From Candidatus Hydrogenedentota bacterium (lineage in GTDB: Bacteria > Hydrogenedentota > Hydrogenedentia > Hydrogenedentales > SLHB01): a stretch of 64,000 nucleotides of DNA. The translations under genes were made by a program, and so were the position numbers. The first letter of the stretch is position 1. Each line of letters opens with the position of its first letter. The stretch spans positions 20,453-84,452 of the forward strand of contig JAWXCN010000032.1 of NCBI GenBank assembly GCA_034408725.1. Reading direction: 5' to 3'. Below, in pieces: positions 29,448 through 39,538 of this stretch. The notes below the pieces were generated by a model that worked only from the letters and a program-made list of their open reading frames with translations, had not been told where the DNA came from and made no database searches.

Positions 29448-31136
29448 GTGGCAACGGCCATGATGTCCGCGTTACTACCGATGTCCGCGCTGTTGCGGCG
29501 GGAGCTTTTGCGGCACGTGCGCCGCGTGCGGGTGTTTCTCGCGGTTGCGGCGTTGCTGTGCATCTGCGGGTGGGTCATCTGGTCGTATTGGCCTGATGCA
29601 CCTATCCCAGTACTGGAGGTCGCCGCCGAGCGAGGTGGTCTGACGACAACGTTGTTGGCCGTGCTTCTGGCGGCATCGTTTGTGATTGTCCCTGGCTACG
29701 CGGCGATGGCCATTCGCGCTGAGCGCGACAACGACACGTATGAGTTGATGCGGCTCACCCTGTTGACGCCGCTTTCGATTCTGCTCGGCACGCTGCTCAA
29801 TATCACCGGAATGTTTGCGATAGGACTTGTCGCCGCGCTCCCGTTTTTGTATACGACGCATTGGATGGGCGGGTTGCCGTGGCACTATCTGCCGATCAGG
29901 CTTGGGATCATACTTTCGTCCACGGTGACCGCGGCTTCGATAGGTGTACTGGCGTCCACGCAACGCCAGAAGACCTCAGACGCCGTCGGTTCAGCCTTCA
30001 TTTACACGATGTTGCTGCAACTTGGCGTATTAACTCTGCCGCTGCGCCTCATCGCGCTCCTTGTTGACGAATATACGCAGTTGCAAGGTGTGGCAGATGC
30101 CCTCAGAACAACCGCGTTGCACAGCTCACCGATATGGGCGATTGGAATGCGCACTGGGTTGGGGTCGTCGTTGATTTGCATTGCATCACAAGTTGTGTTT
30201 TCGGCCGTGATCCTGTTCATTGCCTGGAAGCGGCTGGGGGATTTTGAGTTCAAGACTGCCAAAAATAAATCGGTACAGTCTTGGTTCGCGCCTTCCGAAC
30301 TGCGTGCGAAGTATCGCCGCGCGCACACATATCCTGATGGGAAGAATCCGGTGTTTGTGCGCGAATTCCACGACGCGATGCAACGGGCACAAGTTGACGT
30401 GACCAGTAGCTTGTTCGCCGTCTTGTTTACCGCATCAGCATTTGTCGTTGCTTTTGTGCGTATGTGGGTTCTGGCGAAGTCAAAATCGGGCCCCTATGGT
30501 CTTGACGAACTGACATATTATTTCATGGGATGTATTTTTCTCGGCGGGATACTGATTCCCGGGTTGAGCACGCCTACGTGGATCAGCGAGCGCAACACGG
30601 AAGCGGAAGAATCGCTTGAGATGAGCCTGCTCACGAGGCGGGAGCGGTTTTGGGGTAGGGCCAGCGCGGCGGCGGCGCTCCCGGTGATCGTCATCACATG
30701 CTGTCTCGTTGGCGCATCGCCCGTGTTGATGGCGGTGCCGCGTATCCCCGGCGGATATGTCGGCGCGTTGGCAGGGTATTTCGCCGTTGTCGCGACGGTG
30801 GTGGTGTTGCTGGCGGTGGGCCGCGTGATCGCGCGACTCCCGATCAGTGCGGTATCCGCGGTTGCGCTCGCGTATGTTGTGTCCATCGCCTACATGGGAT
30901 TGCCGGTATTGGCCGCGGGATGGTCGCAAGAGAACTCCCGCGATGTGATGGGGAACTTTGTCGCGAGCATTAGTCCGATTACGGGATTCTTGCGGGTTCT
31001 TCAGTCTCGCGCGATGGGAGTTTGGTACGACGGGCCGGTTTTCAAATGTGCCGTGTTCATAATGGTGCAATCTGTGATTACGGCGGCGCTGTTGTGGACA
31101 GATTTGAAGGCTGAGCGAAAACTTCGGAATCGATAG
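29448..31136 (+). CDS. Multi-TM ABC-2-type permease-like membrane protein with two repeated halves
   Basis: 'AIRAERDNDTYELMRLTLLTP' and 'SERNTEAEESLEMSLLT' motifs, linker 'NPVFVRE', about 12 TM segments. Confidence 0.7.
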   Translation: MATAMMSALLPMSALLRRELLRHVRRVRVFLAVAALLCICGWVIWSYWPDAPIPVLEVAAERGGLTTTLLAVLLAASFVIVPGYAAMAIRAERDNDTYELMRLTLLTPLSILLGTLLNITGMFAIGLVAALPFLYTTHWMGGLPWHYLPIRLGIILSSTVTAASIGVLASTQRQKTSDAVGSAFIYTMLLQLGVLTLPLRLIALLVDEYTQLQGVADALRTTALHSSPIWAIGMRTGLGSSLICIASQVVFSAVILFIAWKRLGDFEFKTAKNKSVQSWFAPSELRAKYRRAHTYPDGKNPVFVREFHDAMQRAQVDVTSSLFAVLFTASAFVVAFVRMWVLAKSKSGPYGLDELTYYFMGCIFLGGILIPGLSTPTWISERNTEAEESLEMSLLTRRERFWGRASAAAALPVIVITCCLVGASPVLMAVPRIPGGYVGALAGYFAVVATVVVLLAVGRVIARLPISAVSAVALAYVVSIAYMGLPVLAAGWSQENSRDVMGNFVASISPITGFLRVLQSRAMGVWYDGPVFKCAVFIMVQSVITAALLWTDLKAERKLRNR

Positions 31137-31278
31137 GGAGGGCGCGCGTCCCCGCGCGCCTTGGTTGAAAAAGACCGTGCCGACACGCGTCCACGTTGTC
31201 CACAACGTCCACTCATACGCGCGCTTTGGGTTGGAAATGACTACTACATCATGAGCGCACGAGGACGCGTGCCCTCCC
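31136..31278. repeat. 24-bp inverted REP-like pair (family C)
   Basis: GGGAGGGCGCGCGTCCCCGCGCGC (31136-31159) versus GCGCACGAGGACGCGTGCCCTCCC (31255-31278), 3 mismatches; GTCCAC repeats lie between them. Confidence 0.75.
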
Positions 31279-31324
31279 GTGTGTGATAAAGTTCTCTTGG
31301 TGCAAAAAAACGGAGGTGCCTTAT

Positions 31325-31924
31325 ATGTCTTCGCAACCTTCACGAATCAGCGGTATGGCGATCGCGAGTTTTGTGCTCGCGCTTCTGTTTTGTCCATTTT
31401 TATTGCTGGCTTCCGTACCGGCGATTATTCTTGGGCATGTTGCGCACTCGAAAATTCGGGCATCGAACGGTCAATTGCGCGGCTCGGGATTGGCTATTGC
31501 GGGGTTCACAATTGGTTATCTGGGTATCGCGTTCACTATTTTTATTTTGCCCGCGATCATGTTGCCGGCGCTAGCGCGTGCGCGTGAAGCGGCGCGGGCC
31601 TCGAGTTGCCAGAACAATTTGAAGCAAATCGGCATTTGCAACGCGATGTATGCAGGGGAACATGGGGGCGCGTTTCCCGCGAACTTGCAGGCGCTATATC
31701 CCGAATATATGAGCGAACTCAGCGTGTTTGTGTGTCCATCTGACATTACGGAGATTGGCGATTCGGCGAGCATCAATGCGTGGACCAGTTATGAATATAT
31801 TCCGGGCGCGACAGAGGAAAGCGGCGCAACGGTGGCGGTGTGCCGTGACAACGACCATATACATCTGCGGGGGATGCGCAATGTGCTGTACGCGGACGGT
31901 CATGTTGAGCGGACGACGGAGTAG
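31325..31924 (+). CDS. DUF4190 domain fused to a DUF1559/H-X9-DG-like domain
   Basis: 'AIASFVLAL...[12 protein letters not shown]...GSGLAIAG' then '[24 protein letters not shown]' ... '[10 protein letters not shown]'. Confidence 0.85.
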   Translation: MSSQPSRISGMAIASFVLALLFCPFLLLASVPAIILGHVAHSKIRASNGQLRGSGLAIAGFTIGYLGIAFTIFILPAIMLPALARAREAARASSCQNNLKQIGICNAMYAGEHGGAFPANLQALYPEYMSELSVFVCPSDITEIGDSASINAWTSYEYIPGATEESGATVAVCRDNDHIHLRGMRNVLYADGHVERTTE

Positions 31925-31950
31925 CAAGAGAAGATGATTACGAATACATC

Positions 31951-32300
31951 GTTGTGGCCGGTCTCCCGACCGCGCCACTGCAGCAGACCGAAGGTCTCCA
32001 ACTTATTCGATTAATTTCGTGCTCGTGCTCCTGCTCGTCAACGTAATCGTCACTCGCTAATCATTCGTTCGCACTGCTTCGCTTTACTGATGTGTCGACG
32101 AAGTTTCAATAAAAAGAATTCAAGCCACGATTACGATGACGAGCACGAGTACGAACACGACGAAAAAGTCCGATTAGGATTGCGAGGACTCCGCTGTGGC
32201 CGGTTACTGCGTTGTGGCCGGTCTCCCGACCGCGCCACGACCCCGACTGAAGGTCTCCAACTATCCAATTTACTTCGTGCTCGTCATCGTCATCGTAATC
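31951..32300 (-). repeat. REP-like family A copies 3 and 4 with interleaved inverted hexamer tracts
   Basis: GTTGTGGCCGGTCTCCCGACCGCGCCAC...AAGGTCTCCA at 31951-32000 and 32211-32259; (CGTGCT)-like and (CGAGCA)-like tracts at about 32018, 32128 and 32276. Confidence 0.85.
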
Positions 32301-32311
32301 CTAGCTCGAAC

Positions 32312-33046
32312 TTACCTGGGCCTGATCACAACATTCCGATACCAAACCTCACCGCCATGATCCTGCAACGCAATATTTCCTTCCAATGGTAGATCGTTAT
32401 ACGCAATCGGAAATTTTCCCACCGGCGTCGTCAATTTACTGAAATCCGTGTCGATCACCTTCCACCCGTTCATATTCACCGACACATTTTTCCCCACGAC
32501 AGAAATATCAAACGAATTCCATTCCCCTGCGGGCCGGGAGAGGTTGTACATCGGCGTGACAACGTCGTAGATCGCGCCCGCGCCGTTTTTCGTAGGGGGC
32601 TTTCCATAATCATCGAGCACCTGCACTTCGAAGCCGCGGTTGACCGCGTCGTTGGGATCGGTTCGGAGGAACACGCCGCTGTTCGCGCCGCGCGCGACCT
32701 TGTATTCCAGATGTAGATCGAAATCGGAAAAGGTCTGGCCGGTGTAGGTGACGTATCGCAACGGGTAGACTGTGCGGCCGTAGACGTGGAGCATGCCGTC
32801 TTCGATCACGAAAATGTCATGGTCGTCGCCGACATTTTTCCAGTCGGGCGCGTTGTCAGTGGACAGAAGGTCGAGCCAACCCTCGCCCTCTGGCCGGGAA
32901 GTGGGGGAGCCAATGGGCACGGGATTGCGATCGAGCAGGCCACCAAAATATGGACGCGAAAGACAGCCTGCTGCAAAGGCACACGCTACCAATAGCATGT
33001 AACGAATCACTGCCCACGTGCGGGTTTTGCTTGAAGCGTCGGTCAT
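32312..33046 (-). CDS. DUF1080 (3-keto-disaccharide hydrolase family) protein
   Basis: 'FSDFDLHLEYK', 'NSGVFLR', 'FEVQVLD', 'GAIYD', 'GEWN', 'GNIALQDHG', 'YRNV'; start could be 33076. Confidence 0.9.
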   Translation of the reverse strand: MTDASSKTRTWAVIRYMLLVACAFAAGCLSRPYFGGLLDRNPVPIGSPTSRPEGEGWLDLLSTDNAPDWKNVGDDHDIFVIEDGMLHVYGRTVYPLRYVTYTGQTFSDFDLHLEYKVARGANSGVFLRTDPNDAVNRGFEVQVLDDYGKPPTKNGAGAIYDVVTPMYNLSRPAGEWNSFDISVVGKNVSVNMNGWKVIDTDFSKLTTPVGKFPIAYNDLPLEGNIALQDHGGEVWYRNVVIRPR

Positions 33047-33168
33047 CTGTTCCATCTCCATCGTCACCGGAAGCATGACTGAGAAGTGGATCGCATGGCA
33101 ACAGGGGCGGTGGACGCATCGTTTCGGTTACGATGGATTGAATTCCCGGCGTTCAGGGCGAAGCCATA

Positions 33169-34436
33169 TTGGAGGAACATATATTGTCGTATCGACCTGT
33201 ATTGCGTACCGCCAGGACGACTATATTCTTATGCGGACTATTGGTTGCCGCATGCGACTATACGTCGCCTTCGAGCTCTGATGTTGCGGGAGAGGATGAT
33301 CTGCCAGTCAGTTTGGAAGAACTGAGTTCCTGGTACTCCGCGGTTCCTGAAGCGGAGAATGCCGCGCTATTGCTGATTCGCGCTGGCGACTCACATCGCG
33401 ATCCGGATGCCGCGTCGAAGCCGGGTCTCCCATTGGCAGGCGATGCGAAACTTCCGCCTCCGGGCATGCCATTAACCAATGATATGCGGGCCGCGATTGG
33501 TCAATACCTTGTGAGTAACGATATTGCGCTTGGGACAATCGCGCGCGCTGCCAAGCTGGACAAAAGCAGATTTCCTATTGATCTGACAAAGGGTATGGAC
33601 ACGGATTTGGCTCATCTCGCTTCTTGCAGGACCTTGGTTCGATTGCAATGCCTGAGTGCCGTCGCCAAGGCCAATTCCGGGGATGCGGCCGCGGCCCATT
33701 CTCGGTTGCGAGACGTTTTAGTAACCAGTAACGCGCTGCGTTATGAACCGCTCTTGATTTCGCAATTGGTCCGTATTACATGTCATTTGATAGCGGCGGA
33801 GTCAATCGAGTACAGCGCTGACCGCGTGGATTTTACGGAGGCGCAGTTGGCGGAACTCCAGAAGTTGGCCGGAGAATGGGAGGACCCAGAATTGCTTTAC
33901 CGCGCATACGTTGGCGAACGGTGCTTATCGGTTTCGTGGCTGAGCGACCCAGCCAACGCAGAAAGGGATGATGGGCCCAATGTTCAGTTACCGCCGGAGA
34001 TGTATTCAAAACGCGGTGTTGACGCAGTCATAAAGCATTATCAAATGTTGTTCTCTGCATCGAAGCTCCCTTCGCGCGAGCGTCGAGAGGAACTGTCCAT
34101 ATTGGCCGATGCAGGGCCGGAACCCAGAAGTGACAGCTTTGATGATTTAACTGCCGCGAGTCTAAGTCCCATAGCGGCTGTCCACCAGGCACACGACGCG
34201 GATACCGCCACCTCGCGCACAAGAAGTATCCGGATTCATTGACAGAACTTGTCCCAACCTACATAACCGCGGTGCCCGAAGATCCTTTTACCGAGCGGCC
34301 TCTGCTCTATAAACGCGATGGCGTGAACGCAGCGGTCTACAGCATTGGTCGTGATATGAACGACGATCAGGGGCGGCCGCCGGTTGAGGGCAGCACACCG
34401 CCGGATGGGGATATCGTTTTCCGCTGTTTGAATTAA
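33169..34436 (+). pseudogene. Frameshifted paralog of the 34464 gene (ORFs 33169-34242 and 34239-34436)
   Basis: Aligns by eye with the downstream gene (PVSLEELSSWY/PVTLAELDAWY, ENAALL/RNAALL, LRYEPLLISQLVR/LRNEPFMLSQFTR, YRAYVGER/YRAMVGER); its C-terminal 'LVPTYITAVPEDPF...VYSIG' module is in another frame. Confidence 0.7.
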
Positions 34437-34463
34437 ATCCGGCAACCGCAAACGGAGTGGCGT

Positions 34464-35774
34464 ATGTCCGAGCAGCACCGATCGGGATGGGGGCGCCTGA
34501 TCTTCAGGGTTATCGTCGTCGCTTGCTTTCTGCTGCTCGGTGCCTTCATATGGTTCACCTTTAGAGGTAGCGAAATTGAGGAGGTGATTCGCGCTAAAGG
34601 CGAGCCTGTCACCCTGGCGGAACTCGACGCGTGGTATCCGTCGGTGCCGGAAGAACGCAATGCCGCGCTGCTCGTACTGCGCGCCATCGGTTATGTACAA
34701 GAACCACCTGTCCATCCCCCGATCTATGAGTGGTTGGGTAAAAAGGGTCCCATACCGGACGACGTAAAATCGGCCATGTCAGAATTCCTCACGGCGAACA
34801 AGAAAAGTCTCGACCTTATCGAGCAGGCATCGGCGTTTCCGGAAAGTCGATACCCTATCTCCGCGACCACCACTTTCGGTGGCCCTATGGCTCATCTTTC
34901 AGGTCTCCGCAAGCTGAGCCGACTTCAGCATCTAGACGTCTATTTCCGGGTCCATACAGAGGATTTGGTTGGCGCGACTGATTCGGCCATTAATTTTATG
35001 AAGTTGACGGAAACCCTCAGGAACGAACCCTTCATGCTTTCGCAGTTCACGCGAATTGGTTGCCGTCAGGTGGTTCATGGCGGCATTGACGATTTAATTC
35101 AGGGCGGGCCATTGGCGGAAAAGCAATTGAGCGCGCTTAATGATCAGCTTTGTTCGATGGAAAACTCTGACGCCATGTACAGGGCGATGGTGGGAGAACG
35201 TTGCTACTTGATGAATATTCCTGTTTCCTATCAAGAAGGCGGGATAAAGGGCGTGCTGCTATCGAACTTTAGAGGTCCCAGCGCAAGGCTTTGCACTTTG
35301 GCCGTTGATGCAAGCCGCCTGTCCGGCGTTGAACGCAGAGAGCAGATAGTACAGTTAGAGAGCGAATTCTCCGTTCCGGGCTCTTCAGAAATGCGGTTGT
35401 CACTAAATCCGCTATCTCTGATTCTATTCCCTGCTTGGGAATCAGTCGCAGAGGTTTTTGATGTTGAAACGGCGCAACTGCGCGTGCTTATCGCAGTGGT
35501 TGCAATCGAACGCTATCGCGTGGCTAACGGCAATCTACCCAAGACGCTTGATGCGTTGGCGCCAAGTTACCTTGAATCGGTGCCCCTTGATCCGTTCGAC
35601 GACAAGCAGATTCGATATGTGCAGTCCGAAGTCGGGTATGTAGTCTATAGCGTCGGCGTGAATGAATTGGACGAGAAGGGCAGTCAGGCATCGGACAACA
35701 GTCAGGCATCGGACAACAGTCAGGCATCGGACAACTTGTATGGCAACGATATTGTTCTGAGGGTAGCGCGGTAA
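34464..35774 (+). CDS. Membrane-anchored hypothetical protein with a pseudopilin-like C-terminal module
   Basis: N-terminal TM; C-terminal 'AIERYRVANGNLPKTLDALAPSYLESVPLDPF...VYSVG.N..D..G'. Confidence 0.75.
   Translation: MSEQHRSGWGRLIFRVIVVACFLLLGAFIWFTFRGSEIEEVIRAKGEPVTLAELDAWYPSVPEERNAALLVLRAIGYVQEPPVHPPIYEWLGKKGPIPDDVKSAMSEFLTANKKSLDLIEQASAFPESRYPISATTTFGGPMAHLSGLRKLSRLQHLDVYFRVHTEDLVGATDSAINFMKLTETLRNEPFMLSQFTRIGCRQVVHGGIDDLIQGGPLAEKQLSALNDQLCSMENSDAMYRAMVGERCYLMNIPVSYQEGGIKGVLLSNFRGPSARLCTLAVDASRLSGVERREQIVQLESEFSVPGSSEMRLSLNPLSLILFPAWESVAEVFDVETAQLRVLIAVVAIERYRVANGNLPKTLDALAPSYLESVPLDPFDDKQIRYVQSEVGYVVYSVGVNELDEKGSQASDNSQASDNSQASDNLYGNDIVLRVAR
35681..35734 (+). repeat. In-frame 18-bp tandem repeat x3 (SQASDN)
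   Basis: CAGTCAGGCATCGGACAA, three perfect copies. Confidence 0.95.
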
Positions 35775-35776
35775 TT

Positions 35777-35840
<64 letters not shown>

Positions 35841-35869
35841 GGGGAAACGATTGGGTCCCTTGGCGGAAT

Positions 35870-35898
35870 TTGACAACCCGTCTTACTGAACCCACAAT
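35870..35898 (+). promoter_or_regulatory. Sigma-70-type promoter, probably giving a leaderless tadA transcript
   Basis: TTGACA-17 nt-CACAAT-7 nt-ATG, with no SD. Confidence 0.5.
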
Positions 35899-35905
35899 CG
35901 CGGGC

Positions 35906-36403
35906 ATGCTTGACGACAATTCACGATACATGCAGTACGCGATCCGCGAGGCGATGCGGGCGGAGGAGGAGGGTGAGGTCCCTATCGGCTGCGTGATCAT
36001 TCACAACGGCGAAATCATTGGCAAAGCGCACAACCAGCGGGAGCGCTTGCAGGACCCGACTGCGCACGCGGAAGTGCTCGCGATCACGCAGGCGGCAAAC
36101 CACCTCGGCAGTTGGCGGCTGGAGAATACAAAACTTTTTGTGACGCTGGAGCCGTGTCCGATGTGCGCGGGCGCGATTATTCTGTCGAGGATCGCGGAAG
36201 TATATTTCGGGGCGTATGATCCGAAGGCGGGGGCGTGCGGCACGTTGATGAATTTGCTGGAAGACAAACGGTTCAATCACCAGCCGGTGGTCAAGCCGGG
36301 GTTGTGCGCGGACGAGTGCGGCGCGTTGCTGACAAATTTTTTCCGGCGGATTCGCGGGCAGGCGGTGCTTGGCGCGGATGATGTGTTTAAGAGAGATAAT
36401 TAA
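35906..36403 (+). CDS. tadA: tRNA adenosine(34) deaminase
   Basis: 'GEVPIG', 'DPTAHAE', 'VTLEPCPMCAGA', 'YDPKAGA', 'FNH'. Confidence 0.96.
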   Translation: MLDDNSRYMQYAIREAMRAEEEGEVPIGCVIIHNGEIIGKAHNQRERLQDPTAHAEVLAITQAANHLGSWRLENTKLFVTLEPCPMCAGAIILSRIAEVYFGAYDPKAGACGTLMNLLEDKRFNHQPVVKPGLCADECGALLTNFFRRIRGQAVLGADDVFKRDN

Positions 36404-36537
36404 GAAGCCATAGCCGCACAAAAAAACGCAATACGCGCAAAAGAAATTTTGAGTAATCTATTAACGAGTACGATGACGAGCAAGAGCACGACAAGAACCG
36501 ATCACGAGTCGGGAAAACTCTATGGCTAGTATTAACT

Positions 36538-38691
36538 ATGGCTAGTATGAACCGTCGAACATTTCTGAAGTCCTCCGCGTTGGTTGCTGGAGGGGCGTTT
36601 ACGTTGCCCGCTGGCGCGGCGGAGGGCGTCGTGGCTTCATCAGTGCCGTGGTACAGGACCGCGTATCGCCGCAATGTCATTGACATGCACATCGCGGATT
36701 GGAACCCGGAGTTTTTGTCGAAGTTTGAATCAGCGGCGTATGTCGAACGGTTGCGCACAGCGAATGTGAAATCGGCGGTAGTATATGCGCATTCGCACGT
36801 CGGGCTTTGTTATTTTCCAACGAAGGTGGGGAAGACGCACGCGGCATATCAGGGCAAGGACCACCTCGATCGCACCGTTGCAGGGTTGCGCAAGAACGGC
36901 ATCGCCGTCGTCCTGTACATGAGCCTGATTCATGACACGTGGGCGTATCGCAATCACGATGACTGGAAAATTCTTCGCGCGGACGGCGCGGGCGCTTCGG
37001 AGGGTAGCCGTTACGGCATCTGTTGTCCAAACTCGCCGTATCGCGATTACATAGCGTCGCTCGCGACAGAAGTGTTCGAACAATTCGAGTTCGATGGTAT
37101 CCGGTTCGACATGACGTTCTGGCCGCGGGTGTGCTATTGCTCGCACTGCAAGAAACGGTTCGCGGACGAAGCGGGCGGAGAACCTCCGCGCATTGTAAAC
37201 TGGGACGACCCGAACTGGGTGAAGTTTCAACGCAAACGCGAGGCGTGGCTGGTCGAATTTGCGTCGCACATGACGCAGACGGTAAAAAAACTCAAGCCCG
37301 AAGCAACGGTCGAACATCAGGCTTCAACCTTTACGGCCAATTTCCGGTTGGGCGTGACTGAACCCCTCGCCGCGCAGAATGATTTCTTACAGGGCGACTT
37401 CTACGGCGATGCGGTGCAGGGTTCATTGATCCGCAAACTCTTTTACAATCTCAGTCCCAACCAACCCTATGCATTTGAGACCAGCGTAATGCTGACTTTG
37501 CAAAACCATACTGCGCTCAAGCCCGAGTCCCTGCTCGAGGCCAAAGCGTCTGCTTGCATCGCCGATGGCGGGGCGTTTGTGTTTATTGACGCCATCGACC
37601 CCGCGGGCACAATTCACGCCGCGCCGTACGAGGCGATGGATAGGGTGTTCGAGAAAACAAATCCCTACGAAGCGCATCTGGGTGGGGAACTGGTGCAGGA
37701 CGTGGCGGTGTACTTGAGCACGGAATCGAAATTCGATCCCGCGCAGAACGGCAAGGACGTAGAGGACTACAGCGCCGAGGGCATGCCGCATATTGACGCA
37801 CTGTTGGGCGCGTGCCGGGCGCTGCGCGCGAACCATATACCGTATGGCGTGATTACCAAGAAAGACCTTGCGCGTCTTGATCGGCACAAAGTCCTGGTTC
37901 TGCCGAACGTTCTAATGATGGACGAAGAAGAAGTCGCGGCGATTCGCGCATGGGTGAACAACGGCGGCGCGTTGTATGCCAGTCGCGAGACCTCGCTTGC
38001 GGGAAAAGACGGCACGCGCTACACAGACTTTTTATTGTCAGACGTGCTGGGCGTTTCGATGACGGGTGTCACGGCGGAACGCGTGACGTATATGGCGCCG
38101 GTGGTCAAGGACATTTTTGGGCCGTACACGGCGGCATCCCCATTGATGGTCGGCGCGACGCAGCGCACGATTCGCGCGCATGAGAATGCGGAGGTGCTTG
38201 CGACAGTTGTCTTGCCGTACTCGAACCCGGACGATGCGGAACAGTTTGCATCGATACACAGCAATCCGCCGGGTGTTCCGACAGAAAACCCGTGCGTGGT
38301 ATTTCACAAATCGGATAAGGGCACAGCGATTTATGCCGCCGACGCTATTGAGGCGTATGAGTACTGCGAAGCGACATTCATCAGGCTCCTGCGCAGGTTG
38401 GGGCAGAAATTTTCAATTGAAGCGGATGGCCCCGCATGTGTTGAGATTACAACCTTTCACCAGCCTGAACGAAATAGATTCGTAATCGGCGCGGTGAATT
38501 TTCAGCGGGACCTACCAAACATTCCTGTCGATGGTGTGCGTGTTCGTTTGGACCTTAATGGGCGCGCGTTGTCGGGAGTCGAGTTATTGCCCAAAGGTGA
38601 GGTGATCGAAGTTAGCGGACGCGATGGCCGCGTGGAAATCCCGCTTCCGCGCATCGAAACCTTGTGCATGGTAGCCGTCAAATACGGATGA
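36538..38691 (+). CDS. Tat-exported glycoside hydrolase (GHL6/GH151-like TIM barrel plus beta-galactosidase trimerisation-like domain)
   Basis: Tat motif NRRTFLK; 'DMHI', 'SHVGLCYFPT', 'CCPNSPY', 'FDGIRFD', 'CYCSHC', 'LVLPNVLMM'. Confidence 0.75.
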   Translation: MASMNRRTFLKSSALVAGGAFTLPAGAAEGVVASSVPWYRTAYRRNVIDMHIADWNPEFLSKFESAAYVERLRTANVKSAVVYAHSHVGLCYFPTKVGKTHAAYQGKDHLDRTVAGLRKNGIAVVLYMSLIHDTWAYRNHDDWKILRADGAGASEGSRYGICCPNSPYRDYIASLATEVFEQFEFDGIRFDMTFWPRVCYCSHCKKRFADEAGGEPPRIVNWDDPNWVKFQRKREAWLVEFASHMTQTVKKLKPEATVEHQASTFTANFRLGVTEPLAAQNDFLQGDFYGDAVQGSLIRKLFYNLSPNQPYAFETSVMLTLQNHTALKPESLLEAKASACIADGGAFVFIDAIDPAGTIHAAPYEAMDRVFEKTNPYEAHLGGELVQDVAVYLSTESKFDPAQNGKDVEDYSAEGMPHIDALLGACRALRANHIPYGVITKKDLARLDRHKVLVLPNVLMMDEEEVAAIRAWVNNGGALYASRETSLAGKDGTRYTDFLLSDVLGVSMTGVTAERVTYMAPVVKDIFGPYTAASPLMVGATQRTIRAHENAEVLATVVLPYSNPDDAEQFASIHSNPPGVPTENPCVVFHKSDKGTAIYAADAIEAYEYCEATFIRLLRRLGQKFSIEADGPACVEITTFHQPERNRFVIGAVNFQRDLPNIPVDGVRVRLDLNGRALSGVELLPKGEVIEVSGRDGRVEIPLPRIETLCMVAVKYG

Positions 38692-38760
38692 ATCCTCGCC
38701 CCCGCGCATGCTACACTATTCCTTTCCGGTTGTGTGCCTAATTACTAAACAGGTTGCGTT

Positions 38761-39525
38761 ATGTCCGATCTTGTAAAGCAGTTGGTTGAAATGTCCCGGT
38801 ATTTGGGCGATCCCTCGAAGGGGTACGCAATGCTGGGGGAGGGCAATACTTCCGCCCGGATCGATACCGATTCGTTCTATGTGAAGGCGTCGGGCACAAC
38901 ATTGGCGACGATTGGCGCGGATGGCTTCGTCCGGCTCTCGATATCCAAGGTGTTGTCGATCATTGATGACGAGTCCGCGGGCGACGAAGATGTTACTAGG
39001 GTGTTCAAAGAGGCGCTCCTTACCGAAGGTGAAACGCGGCGTCCGTCCGTCGAGGCGATGCTTCACGCCATTTTGCTTGGCATTCCTGAATACAGTTTTG
39101 TTGGGCACACCCATCCGATCTACACCAATGCAATTCTGTGTTCCATGCACGCGGAAGAAGCGGCCAATGGCCGGATTTTTCCGGACCATGTCGTTTCGAT
39201 GAAACATAAATCCGTGTTTGTGCCGTACGTCGATCCGGGTTTGGTCTTGGCGCGCGAGGTGAAGCGGCGATTCGAGGAATTTGTCGAGCGCGAGGGCGTT
39301 CTGCCTTCCGCGATCATGATGCAGAACCACGGGTTGATCACAATGGGCTCGACGCCCAAAGCGGTGACAAGCTGCACCGACATGGCTGAGAAGGCATCAC
39401 AAATTATCGTCGGCGCCTATGCCGTTGGCGGGCCGCGCTGGATGTCCCCGGAGGATGTAGCGCGAATCTTTACCCGTCCTGACGAACACTACCGTTTGCA
39501 AAACATTGCCGGCCGCAGGTCATAG
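38761..39525 (+). CDS. Class II aldolase/adducin family protein
   Basis: 'GEGNTSAR', 'KASG', 'RPSVEAMLH', 'HTHP', 'MQNHG'. Confidence 0.9.
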   Translation: MSDLVKQLVEMSRYLGDPSKGYAMLGEGNTSARIDTDSFYVKASGTTLATIGADGFVRLSISKVLSIIDDESAGDEDVTRVFKEALLTEGETRRPSVEAMLHAILLGIPEYSFVGHTHPIYTNAILCSMHAEEAANGRIFPDHVVSMKHKSVFVPYVDPGLVLAREVKRRFEEFVEREGVLPSAIMMQNHGLITMGSTPKAVTSCTDMAEKASQIIVGAYAVGGPRWMSPEDVARIFTRPDEHYRLQNIAGRRS

Positions 39526-39538
39526 TGGAGGAAATACT

